From NCBI GenBank assembly GCA_963837165.1, contig CAWIMD010000002.1, forward strand, positions 33,644 through 97,643: DNA of 64,000 bases, given 5' to 3'. Positions 29,936 through 38,053 of the stretch are shown in pieces. The stretch is from Vicinamibacteria bacterium. Lineage in GTDB: Bacteria > Acidobacteriota > Vicinamibacteria > Vicinamibacterales > JAENWD01. The position numbers and the translations under genes were made by a program. A model generated the notes under the pieces. The model was not told the origin of the DNA, did no database searches, and was given only the letters and a program-made list of their open reading frames with translations. Every line of letters starts with the position of its first letter. Positions within the stretch are counted from its first letter, which is position 1.

Positions 29936-31450
29936 ATGGTCGGCGCGGTGATCTACGTGCGCGTCAGCACCAAAGAGCAGACCGAGAACCTGAGTCTGCC
30001 GACGCAGCTAAAGGCGTGCGAGGAGTACTGCCAGCGCCAGGGCTTCAACGTGCTCGCGGCATTCCGAGAGGAGGGCGAGAGCGCGAAGACCGCTGACCGC
30101 ACCGAGCTTCAAAGGCTCCTGCAGTTCTGCCGCACGAACAAGGGCAGGGTCCAGTTCGTTGTCGTCTTCAACCTGACAAGATTCGCGCGGGACAAGTACG
30201 ACCACTTCGCGCTGCGCGCACATCTGAAGTCGCTCGGAATCTCGCTGCGGTCCGCCACCGAACCAATCGACGACAGCTCCACGGGAAAACTGATGGAGGG
30301 CGTGCTTGCAGCGTTTGCGCAATTCGACAACGACGTGCGTGCCGACCGAACGCGCGGCGGAATGAAAGCAGCGCTGGAGCTCGGACGCTGGACGTTTCTC
30401 GCGCCCCTTGGTTACCTGAACGCGCACCGGTCGACCGGCCGGAGCCTGATTCCGGATCCTGAACGAGCGCCCTTGGTGCGACGAGCCTTCCAGGATTTTG
30501 CGACTGGGCGCTTAACGAAGCATGAGGTCCGGAAGAACTTCAACGCCCTGGGCCTAACGACTAGACGCGGCAAGCCGGTTCCGTCGCAGACGTTCGACGC
30601 CATGCTGCGAAATCGCGCCTACATCGCGCAGATCTACGTCCCTGAATTCGGACTGTCAACACGCGGCGACTTCGAACCGCTCATCACCGAGCGAATCTTC
30701 TTCCGCGTCCAGGGAATCCTCGACGGTCGCTACGAAGTGACCGCGCCCAAGCAGCGCAACGATCCGGACTTCCCGCTGCGCGGGTATGTCCGTTGCAAGA
30801 CGTGCGGCAAACCGCTGACGGCGAGCTGGTCGAAAGGACGCAGCGAGTACTACGCGTACTACCACTGCCGCGGCCGCTGTCGTGCCGTGAACATCAGCAA
30901 GGCCAAACTCGAGGAGCTGTTCGTCGAGGAACTCGCGCGCCTGCAGCCAACAGCTGGATTCATGCGCCTCGTCAAGGATCGCGTGATGCACGCCTGGCGG
31001 GAACTGAAGACCGATGCGGCCCAACGGGTCGCTGAGATCGAGCGGCGGCAGAAAGCGATTCGCGAGAAGCTGGACCGTTTGGATCAGGCGTTCCTGTTCG
31101 AACGGTCGATCGACATCGACACCTACGACCGCCACCGCGACAAGCTCCGCGAGGAGCTCACGCTCGCCCAGATGGACCGCCACTCCTGCGAGCTCGAGGA
31201 AATGGACGTCGAGGGCATCCTGGCCTTCGCAGAGCGTGTTCTACCGAGCGCGTCGAACCTGTGGGTTCACTCTTCGCTCGCTCAGAAGCAGCGCCTGCAG
31301 CACGTGTTCTTTCCGGAGGGAGTTCGCTTCGACGGGAAAAGACTTGTTGGAACCGGCGCAACGCTGCCGGTTTTCAACTACTTAAGCCCTGATTCGAGCG
31401 CGAAAAAAGAATTGGTGGGCCCCCTGGGGATCGAACCCAGGACCAGCTGA
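29936..31450 (+). CDS. Large serine recombinase (resolvase domain + recombinase domain + zinc ribbon + coiled coil)
   Basis: The catalytic motif is IYVRVSTKEQ, followed by FARDKYD and LGYL. The zinc ribbon is CKTCGKPL...YYHCRGRC, with a C-terminal coiled coil. The last 38 nt overlap the tRNA-Lys gene in antisense. Confidence 0.9.
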   Translation: MVGAVIYVRVSTKEQTENLSLPTQLKACEEYCQRQGFNVLAAFREEGESAKTADRTELQRLLQFCRTNKGRVQFVVVFNLTRFARDKYDHFALRAHLKSLGISLRSATEPIDDSSTGKLMEGVLAAFAQFDNDVRADRTRGGMKAALELGRWTFLAPLGYLNAHRSTGRSLIPDPERAPLVRRAFQDFATGRLTKHEVRKNFNALGLTTRRGKPVPSQTFDAMLRNRAYIAQIYVPEFGLSTRGDFEPLITERIFFRVQGILDGRYEVTAPKQRNDPDFPLRGYVRCKTCGKPLTASWSKGRSEYYAYYHCRGRCRAVNISKAKLEELFVEELARLQPTAGFMRLVKDRVMHAWRELKTDAAQRVAEIERRQKAIREKLDRLDQAFLFERSIDIDTYDRHRDKLREELTLAQMDRHSCELEEMDVEGILAFAERVLPSASNLWVHSSLAQKQRLQHVFFPEGVRFDGKRLVGTGATLPVFNYLSPDSSAKKELVGPLGIEPRTS

Positions 31451-31487
31451 TTAAAAGTCAGCTGCTCTACCACTGAGCTAGGGGCCC
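31413..31487 (-). tRNA. tRNA-Lys (anticodon UUU), CCA encoded
   Basis: Manual cloverleaf: GGGCCCC-TA-GCTC-AGTGGTA-GAGC-A-GCTGA-CTTTTAA-TCAGC-TGGTC-CTGGG-TTCGATC-CCCAG-GGGGCCC-A-CCA. Confidence 0.9.
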
Positions 31488-31548
31488 GTTCGGGTGAACT
31501 GGCGGGGGCTTAGGCGGTGCGGTCGCGGGTTCGTCTCCGTCCTGCCCA

Positions 31549-32571
31549 TTGTGCCCGAAATCGTGTCCATCAGGGAGCCTCGAGTCTGCTGGCCGGCCGT
31601 CGTTGCCGCTGGGGACGCTTCAGGTACCGGGTCAGCAGCACGACCAGTTCGTCCACGAGCCGTCCGCTCGCGACCTCCGCGGGCCGATCGACGATCCGTT
31701 GTGGATCACCGCGTGCGCCACGGTCGCGATCATCGCCGGCACCGTCGCGGCCGCTGGTCCCGAGGCCAACATCCCCCCCGGCGCCCGTGTCTGCTGGACG
31801 GCCGTGTTCGGATCCTGCGCGACGCACGTGGTCGCGCGCGCGGCCCTGCTGGCGCCGGTACCCGACGACCTTCCGCTTGAAGAGGCGGCAACCTCGCTCA
31901 TGCGGCGGTCACGGCCGAAGGGCTGGCGCGTCACTGGCTGCTCGCGCCGGGCGCGGTCGCCGCTGTGTGGGGAGCGGCCGGAGCGGTCGGCCGGTGCCTC
32001 GTCTCCCGACTGGCGGACGGCGGAGTCCGCGTGATTGGCATCGCCAGCGGCCGGAGGACCGAGGCCGTGCGTGCGGTCGGCGCGTTCCGGGCGATCGACC
32101 GCTGCCGCGAGGACGTTCGCGCGCTCGTGCACGAATTCACCGGCGGTCGGGGGGCCGCTGCGGTCTTCGATCCGGTGGGCGCGACGACGTCCGAGACGAG
32201 CCTCGCGCTGCTCGCGCCGCGAGGCTGCCTGGTGAACTACGGCCAACTGGGTGGAGCGCTGCCGGCGGTCGATCTCGCGCAGCTGATGGAGGCCGACTCG
32301 ATCTTCGTGACCAAGTACGGCCCGCGAGCCGCGGTCGTGGCAATCGAGGAGCTGGCCCCGGTCATCTCCTCGGCCCTGCTCCGTGCGCGAACGCAGCCGC
32401 TCTCGGCCGGTGTCGCCGCGTGCTATCCGCTCGACTCGGTGGTCGACGCCTTTCGCACGATGGAGGCGGGCGTCGGGCAAGGTTCTCGTGCGTCCTGGGC
32501 GAGACCTGAGTCGATCCCGTCAGGTGCCGGAGCGCCGCGTCTACGCACCGCCAGCAGTGCAGAGGAGGTGA
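31549..32571 (+). pseudogene. NADPH:quinone oxidoreductase / MDR-family dehydrogenase, frameshifted
   Basis: Frame 1 gives ...AGTVAAAGPE..PGARV..PVPDDLPLEEAATSLM. The protein continues in frame 3 as AAVTAEGLARHWLLAPGAVAAVWGAAGAVG after a 1-nt loss near 31898-31901. The family-typical C-terminus SGKVLVRP is again in another frame near 32470. Confidence 0.5.
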
Positions 32572-32672
32572 GGGCGACGGACCGGATACGTGGGAGGTGC
32601 GTTAGGGCGCGGCACGCGGGAGGCGAGGACGCGATGAAGGTGAATACGCAGCGATAGGCGAGGGCAGGCAGG

Positions 32673-32822
32673 TCAGGCCCGGCTCGTTATCGGCTGCCAC
32701 GGGGGGTACACGTGGAGGAGGTGGAGGACCTCATCGGTCCCGAGCGAGAGCACGACGACAACGACGAATCCGGCGACGACGGCCAGGGTGCTTCGGCAAT
32801 CCAACTGAGCGGCTTTCTGCAT
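32673..32822 (-). CDS. Short membrane-protein ORF, probably a gene fragment
   Basis: My own translation is MQKAAQLDCRSTLAVVAGFVVVVVLSLGTDEVLHLLHVYPPWQPITSRA (49 aa, below the track cutoff). It lies in a decayed low-G+C zone. Confidence 0.3.
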   Translation of the reverse strand: MQKAAQLDCRSTLAVVAGFVVVVVLSLGTDEVLHLLHVYPPWQPITSRA

Positions 32823-33867
32823 CTCCTGAACGGCGTAATCCGCCACTCTAGCGATGCGCTCACGTCCTTGGTGTCGGTCAGCATCTCAAGGCATCTCCCA
32901 ACAAGAGAAGCGATTCAGCCAGCCGCCGTGTCCTTCGTGTCTGATCATTCTAAGAAGTAAAGGTAGTCACGCCGAAACGTGAATCGAAGTCGGCAAGGAT
33001 GGGGTTGAGCATTTCGGAAAGGCTTTTCACGAATTCAGTAGCCCCAGGGCGGCGTCGCTTTGGGCGGTCATTCAGGATTAGCCTGATGCAGGCAAACGCG
33101 GCCGCGACGCAGACCTTGGCGCTGCCGAAGCCGAAGCTGATAAATCGCCATTCGACGCCCGAGTTAGGTACCGGATGTTGCACGGGCACCGAGTAGTCCC
33201 CGGATGGATGCACCGTCAGATCTCGGAATCTATAGATCTCACCGAATAGCGTTCGTGTACGGCCAGCGGTCCCCGGGCTGAGGCTGAAAGTACGCGGAGA
33301 ACCTCTGAGACCTGCATATATCGTGCGGTCTTCCTCCGTCTCCAAGTCTCGATCGTTCCCGCGGGTAACACCGCCCGACTGAGGACGCATAGAGTGCGTC
33401 CAGTGCAATCGCCGCTGCCGCCACGGCCTGCATGCCACCCATACACTCCCGCTCTAGAGCCGCGCCAATCGCAGGTTCGTCATTGATGCCGCAGGCGCTG
33501 CGAACGGCGTCAGCGGCGGTTCGACACTCATCGAGGTGTCACCGCGAGTTCGAGCCAGTAAACCGACATGTCTAGTCTGACGCTGAATGTGGCCGAGACA
33601 TCGTCACGGAGCCGCCACCCATCGAGAAGCTCAGATTGCTGATCAGCACCCGGTGATAAATACCCCTCCGCCCTGTCCTTTTGGTGTTTTGTCCATTCGG
33701 TAAGAAGAGGCAGTTCTGGCAGTCACCAAGCAATCCGACGCCAGCCAGGCCAAGCTGGTTCGGGGCAGATCCACGACGAAGGTTCTTCACGGTGCCGATC
33801 GGGGGGGCGATCAGCACAGTGAAGCTGCACGCTCACTCGGACGCCCGGAACACGACCGTCTGGCCGG

Positions 33868-35976
33868 TCAGTGGGTCTGGCAGCTGCGCTCCTCGACAAT
33901 CGCGACGCCCCAGGGCGACAGCGCGATGTCTCCGGATGGAGCAACAACCGAGTCCGACAGCAGGTCGCGTCCTTCTGCAAACGGGTACGTCACCCGGTGC
34001 GCGGTGTCGGAGTAGTTCAGGAAGTAGTGCAGCGGGCAGCCCTTGCCGTTCACGCCGTTGCGGACGATGAGCGGAAAGCGGATCCCGTGCGCGGGCAGCA
34101 CGCCGGCGCGCTCGGCCGTCTGTTCGAGCACCTTCGAGATGATGGCGTCGCTGGGCATGGCGCCCACGTACGTCACCTCGCCCTTCCCGTACTGGTTGCG
34201 CGTGATCGCCGCGTACTGTCCCCAGACGGGATGGTCGTACTTGGCGAGAACGGTGGCGGTGGTCGGCGTCAGGAACTCCATCCACCATCTCACCTGGTTC
34301 TGCTCCGGACCGACGCCGAACGGATCGCCGGCGAGGCCCACCTTGTCCGGGATGGTGAACTGGCTGTAGGTCGCGCCCACCGCCTCTGCCAGGCCTCCAG
34401 GCTGGAGAGTCGTTCGGACCTTGACGTTCTCGTCGGAGAAGCCGCTCTTGAAGGTGTACACGACAGAGCCGCCGTTCCGCGCGAACACGTTCAGCCGGTC
34501 GATCTCCCCGTCGGACGCCGCGTAGAGCGCCGGCACCACGAGCATCTTGTACCGGGCGAGGTCCTGCACGGATGGGTCGACGAGATCGACCTCGACGTTC
34601 ATCCGGTAGAGCGCGTCGTAGAACGGCCGCAGGACGTCGTTGTAGTCCTGCCTCGTCCCCCAGCCGAACCGGAAGGCGTTGAACGCCGTCAGGGCGTTGT
34701 TGCTGAAGTAGACGGCGACCTTGTTGGTCTTGCGCAGGTCGACCAGGTCCGGGCCGATGCGGCCGAGCTCGTTGCCGATCCGCACGGCTTCCTCGTAGGT
34801 CGGGTTCGGCGCGTAGTCCTGCGAGAGCAGTCCCCGCCAATAGGTCTCGGCGCTGTTCGTCGTCGTGGCCCAGTGCCAGTAGGCGACCATGTTCGCCCCC
34901 GACGCGAGGTGGCTGTACGCCTGCAGGCGGAGCTGCCCGGGGTACGGTGTCCAGTCGGGGTTGCCCTGCGCCTGCGTCTCGATGACGAGATAGTTCCTGC
35001 CGCCCTTCATCGAGCGCGCCAGGTCGCCGCCAAGCGCAATCTCGGCCCCGGTCAGCCTGTCCTGGGTCGGATGGTAGATGTCGATGCCGGCGATATCCAG
35101 CGCACGGGCGGCGGCGAAATGGTCGACCTGGTGCTGAATTCCATAGGAGTAGCCGCGCCAGTCGAGGTCGAAGTTCTGCGTGGTGAACTGGTCCGGCCGC
35201 GCCAGCTCACGCACGATGCCCGCCTGCCACGCGAGGTAGTCGGTCACGAGGCTCCGCTGGAAGGCGGCGAAGGCCGCGGAGACGCTGGCGTTGACCGTGC
35301 CGTCGGTGGAGGGGAAGTCCTCCCACCGATTGATGCGATTGCTCCAGTAGTTCAATCCCCAGGCGTCGTTCAGGGCATCGAGGTTCTTGAACCTTTCGCG
35401 GACGTGTGCCACGAAGCCGGCCTGCACGCCGGGTCCGCTGACGTCGTAGGGCTTCGTCTCGTTGTCCACCTGATACCCGATCACGGCGGGATGCGAGCGC
35501 ACGTGGGCAACGAGCGCCCGGATCATCGCTTCGGCCGCGCGCCGGAAGTTCGGATTCGTGATGTCCATGTTCTGCCGCGGTCCGAACTTGCCCTGTCCCG
35601 CGGGCGTGACCACGAGCACGTCGGGATGCGCTCGCGCCAGCCAGGTGGGGATGGCGTAGGTGGGCGTGCCGACGATGACCTTGATGCCCGCCTTGCGCAT
35701 GGCGTCCAGGACGCGGTCGATGTGGCGGAAGTCGAAGACGCCCTCCTGCGGCTCCATCGTGCCCCACGTGGATTCGCCGATGCGGACCACGTTGAGCCCG
35801 GCATGGGTCATCATGCGCACGTCGGCGTCGAGACGATCGTACGGGGAATACTCGTCGTAGTAGGCAGCGCCGAAGAGGATCGTCCGAGGGGCAGCGGCGG
35901 ACCTGGCGCCCGTCGGTCCCCCGAACAGGCAATACACGCCGCCGCTGAGCGCCAGCAGCCAGCGAAGCCACGTCAT
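33868..35976 (-). CDS. Beta-galactosidase, glycoside hydrolase family 42, with signal peptide
   Basis: The GH42 N-terminal TIM barrel reads AAYYDEYSPYDRLDADVRMMTHAGLNVVRIGESTWGTMEP, with NETK and IETQ catalytic-region motifs. Trimerisation and C-terminal domains follow. Confidence 0.85.
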   Translation of the reverse strand: MTWLRWLLALSGGVYCLFGGPTGARSAAAPRTILFGAAYYDEYSPYDRLDADVRMMTHAGLNVVRIGESTWGTMEPQEGVFDFRHIDRVLDAMRKAGIKVIVGTPTYAIPTWLARAHPDVLVVTPAGQGKFGPRQNMDITNPNFRRAAEAMIRALVAHVRSHPAVIGYQVDNETKPYDVSGPGVQAGFVAHVRERFKNLDALNDAWGLNYWSNRINRWEDFPSTDGTVNASVSAAFAAFQRSLVTDYLAWQAGIVRELARPDQFTTQNFDLDWRGYSYGIQHQVDHFAAARALDIAGIDIYHPTQDRLTGAEIALGGDLARSMKGGRNYLVIETQAQGNPDWTPYPGQLRLQAYSHLASGANMVAYWHWATTTNSAETYWRGLLSQDYAPNPTYEEAVRIGNELGRIGPDLVDLRKTNKVAVYFSNNALTAFNAFRFGWGTRQDYNDVLRPFYDALYRMNVEVDLVDPSVQDLARYKMLVVPALYAASDGEIDRLNVFARNGGSVVYTFKSGFSDENVKVRTTLQPGGLAEAVGATYSQFTIPDKVGLAGDPFGVGPEQNQVRWWMEFLTPTTATVLAKYDHPVWGQYAAITRNQYGKGEVTYVGAMPSDAIISKVLEQTAERAGVLPAHGIRFPLIVRNGVNGKGCPLHYFLNYSDTAHRVTYPFAEGRDLLSDSVVAPSGDIALSPWGVAIVEERSCQTH

Positions 35977-35997
35977 CTCACGCCCCCAGGTGCGGTG

Positions 35998-37554
35998 TCA
36001 GGACACGCCCTTCGTCGCACGAAGCGTCAGCGACCCGTCGGCATTGAGCGGCTCGCGGCAGGCCCAGGTGACGGGATGGCGCTGTCCCTTGACCTCGAGC
36101 TCCGCCTTGAGCCGGAGCCCCTTCCAATCGGTGCCTTTGGGAAGCGGAACCATCGCCTGGCGGACGCCCCGGGTCATCGGATACCCCGGATCCACGAACC
36201 CGCCGGCGTCGATCGTCCCGTCTTCACTGAACACCGTGAGGCGCAGCGCGCCCGGTACGCACGCGACGCCGTCGTTCACCAGGCCGATCACGAGGCCGGG
36301 ATGGCCGTCCTTCTCGTAGCTCCAGATCCAGGAAGGCCTGATGCGATAGCCGATGCGCCTGGCCGCTCGGTCGAACAACTCCGGGCGCGCCTCGTGCACC
36401 GCACGCAGGCTCGCGGCCGAGATGTCGTGGAAATTCCAGAGCGACCAGTAGTTCGCCCCCACGTCCAGCACGTGCTCGAGGATGTTCTCCGCGCGATCGA
36501 GGCCGTCCTCGGCCAGGAGCCGTGCACGGTCCCCGGGCATCCCCGCTTCGCAAATCGCCGCGACCCAGGGCGGCCGGTTGCTCAGCGGCTCGATCTGCTC
36601 GTTCTCGATGAAGATGGTGTCGGTCCGGATCCAGTTGTGCGAGCGCACCGTGCGATCGAGCAGTTCGGAATTGCCGACGCGGCTGAAATCGGGCTGCGTG
36701 TTGGTCACGAGCGGCGTTTTCGTCCACGCCTCCAGCTGCGTGTCGAACATCCGCACCCACGTCTGCTCGGCGACCACGGCGTCTGGGAAGGGATTGCCCT
36801 CGTATGGCCACGAATGCCCTTCGCCCCAGAAGCCGTACATGAACGTGTCCATGTACTCGATCTGCGGATGGCCGTTCAGTTCCGCGGCCAGCAGGCCGTT
36901 CAGCTCCTTGAACGCGGCCTGGTACTCGGGGTGATCGTAGCGGGGCATCTGGTTGAGCGGCTTGTGTCGAGGCTGGGGGCTCGCCCGTTGCCACTGTCCC
37001 TTCAGGGCCACGTACGGGACCCTGGCCATCAGGAACTCGGGCATGCCGGGCTCGGGATAGTCCGGATTCTCGAGCATCACTCGAAATCCGATCCGCTTGC
37101 CATGACGCCTGGCCAAGTCGAACGCGACCTTCCAGCCCTCGGGAAAGTCCAGCCTGCCTGGACGCGTCTGGATGTCGCGCCAGTTGAGCCTGACGTAGAC
37201 CTTCTGCGCGAAGGGCAGGCTGATGAGGTCCTCGCAATAGGTCTCGAGGGAGTCCCCTCCCGTGCGCGGAGGCCAGTAATCACCGGACACGTAGACCGTG
37301 AGGCCCATGCCGTAGTTGGGGACGATCCCGGTGGAGGGGGTGGTCGTCATGACCACACTGCTCCCGGGCACCACCTCCTCGGGCGCGTACTGGGGGAAAG
37401 GGCCCTGGTACAGACAATCCGTGACCGCGGGTCCCGGACCGAAGTCGTGCGTCTCCCAGTTGTGGGACGGCACGAAGGCCCGGGTCGTCCTCGATCGCAG
37501 GCCGGCTGCCAGCGTCGTGGCGCCCGCGGTCCGGAGAAAGTCCCGGCGTTTCAT
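35998..37554 (-). CDS. Tat-signal protein, putative glycoside hydrolase (TIM-barrel-like, family not recognised)
   Basis: The Tat signal is MKRRDFLRTAGATTLAAG. The gene lies in an operon with the GH42 gene. The aromatic-rich body (FMYGFWGEGHSW) suggests a glycosidase, but I could not assign a family. Confidence 0.55.
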   Translation of the reverse strand: MKRRDFLRTAGATTLAAGLRSRTTRAFVPSHNWETHDFGPGPAVTDCLYQGPFPQYAPEEVVPGSSVVMTTTPSTGIVPNYGMGLTVYVSGDYWPPRTGGDSLETYCEDLISLPFAQKVYVRLNWRDIQTRPGRLDFPEGWKVAFDLARRHGKRIGFRVMLENPDYPEPGMPEFLMARVPYVALKGQWQRASPQPRHKPLNQMPRYDHPEYQAAFKELNGLLAAELNGHPQIEYMDTFMYGFWGEGHSWPYEGNPFPDAVVAEQTWVRMFDTQLEAWTKTPLVTNTQPDFSRVGNSELLDRTVRSHNWIRTDTIFIENEQIEPLSNRPPWVAAICEAGMPGDRARLLAEDGLDRAENILEHVLDVGANYWSLWNFHDISAASLRAVHEARPELFDRAARRIGYRIRPSWIWSYEKDGHPGLVIGLVNDGVACVPGALRLTVFSEDGTIDAGGFVDPGYPMTRGVRQAMVPLPKGTDWKGLRLKAELEVKGQRHPVTWACREPLNADGSLTLRATKGVS

Positions 37555-37623
37555 CGTGCCCTTCGTGCCCTTCGTGCCCTTCGTGCCCTTCGTGCCCTTT
37601 GTGTCCTTTGTGTCCTTCGTGTT
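37552..37623. repeat. 9-bp tandem array (CTTCGTGCC)x5 plus three variant units, filling the whole spacer
   Basis: The array runs from the start codon of 35998..37554 (minus strand) to the stop codon of 37625..37849. Confidence 0.9.
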
Positions 37624-37624
37624 C

Positions 37625-37849
37625 CTAGGTACGTTGCCGCCCCCCGACGAACAGCAGCGCCACGCCGGCCGCCACCACGATCCCGCTCACCACGGGCGGG
37701 ATGGTCACCCGCTTGTCGTGCTGCACGGTCGCCTGGAGCGGGCCCGCGTCGAGGACCTTGTCTTCCTTCTGATACGAGAACCCGCCGGCCAGCAACGCCA
37801 CCAGGCCGAGCACGATGAGCACGAGGCCGACAATCGCAGTGGGCTTCAT
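37625..37849 (-). CDS. Small two-TM membrane protein (74 aa)
   Basis: The product is MKPTAIVGLVLIVLGLVALLAGG...VVSGIVVAAGVALLFVGG. The RBS AAGGAG precedes the ATG. It lies hidden in the tail of the antisense track ORF 37625..39787. Confidence 0.6.
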   Translation of the reverse strand: MKPTAIVGLVLIVLGLVALLAGGFSYQKEDKVLDAGPLQATVQHDKRVTIPPVVSGIVVAAGVALLFVGGRQRT

Positions 37850-37868
37850 CCAGGACTCCTTGTCAGAA

Positions 37869-37953
37869 GTCAACTCCCAACTTCCAACCTCCAACTCCCA
37901 AGGGACACGGGAATTGGGAGTTGGGAATTGGGAGTTGGGAGTTGGGAATTGAC
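37869..37953. repeat. Hairpin built from heptamers: (CAAYTCC)n / loop / (GGARTTG)n
   Basis: The left arm is GTCAACTCCCAACTTCCAACCTCCAACTCCCAA, the loop is GGGACACG and the right arm is GGAATTGGGAGTTGGGAATTGGGAGTTGGGAGTTGGGAATTGAC. Confidence 0.9.
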
Positions 37954-38053
37954 GACCCCATCCGCCTCCGACGTTCGGCGCTACGCACCGCTTGGACGCG
38001 TGACGTGCGGGGCTCTCCAGCAGTATACGCGGGCACGCTATAATCCGCCCGCC

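Larger units (their letters stand above)
26029..31450. mobile_element. Putative integrated islet (low G+C) bounded on the right by tRNA-Lys
   Basis: The evidence is a composition drop, a large serine recombinase at the tRNA-proximal end, a toxin-antitoxin pair and long non-coding stretches. No flanking direct repeat was found by eye. Confidence 0.45.

Noticed and set aside
33871-37818. Very long ORFs on the strand opposite clearly recognisable genes: 33871..37818 +, 18475..20574 +, 41812..43947 +, 59099..61243 -, 37625..39787 -, 39390..41735 -, 45649..47472 + and 7417..9006 +.
   Set aside because: They are antisense shadows typical of high-G+C DNA, where stop codons are rare. Their translations are Arg/Gly/Pro/Ala-rich with no motifs. 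Each overlaps a gene with unmistakable family signatures on the other strand.
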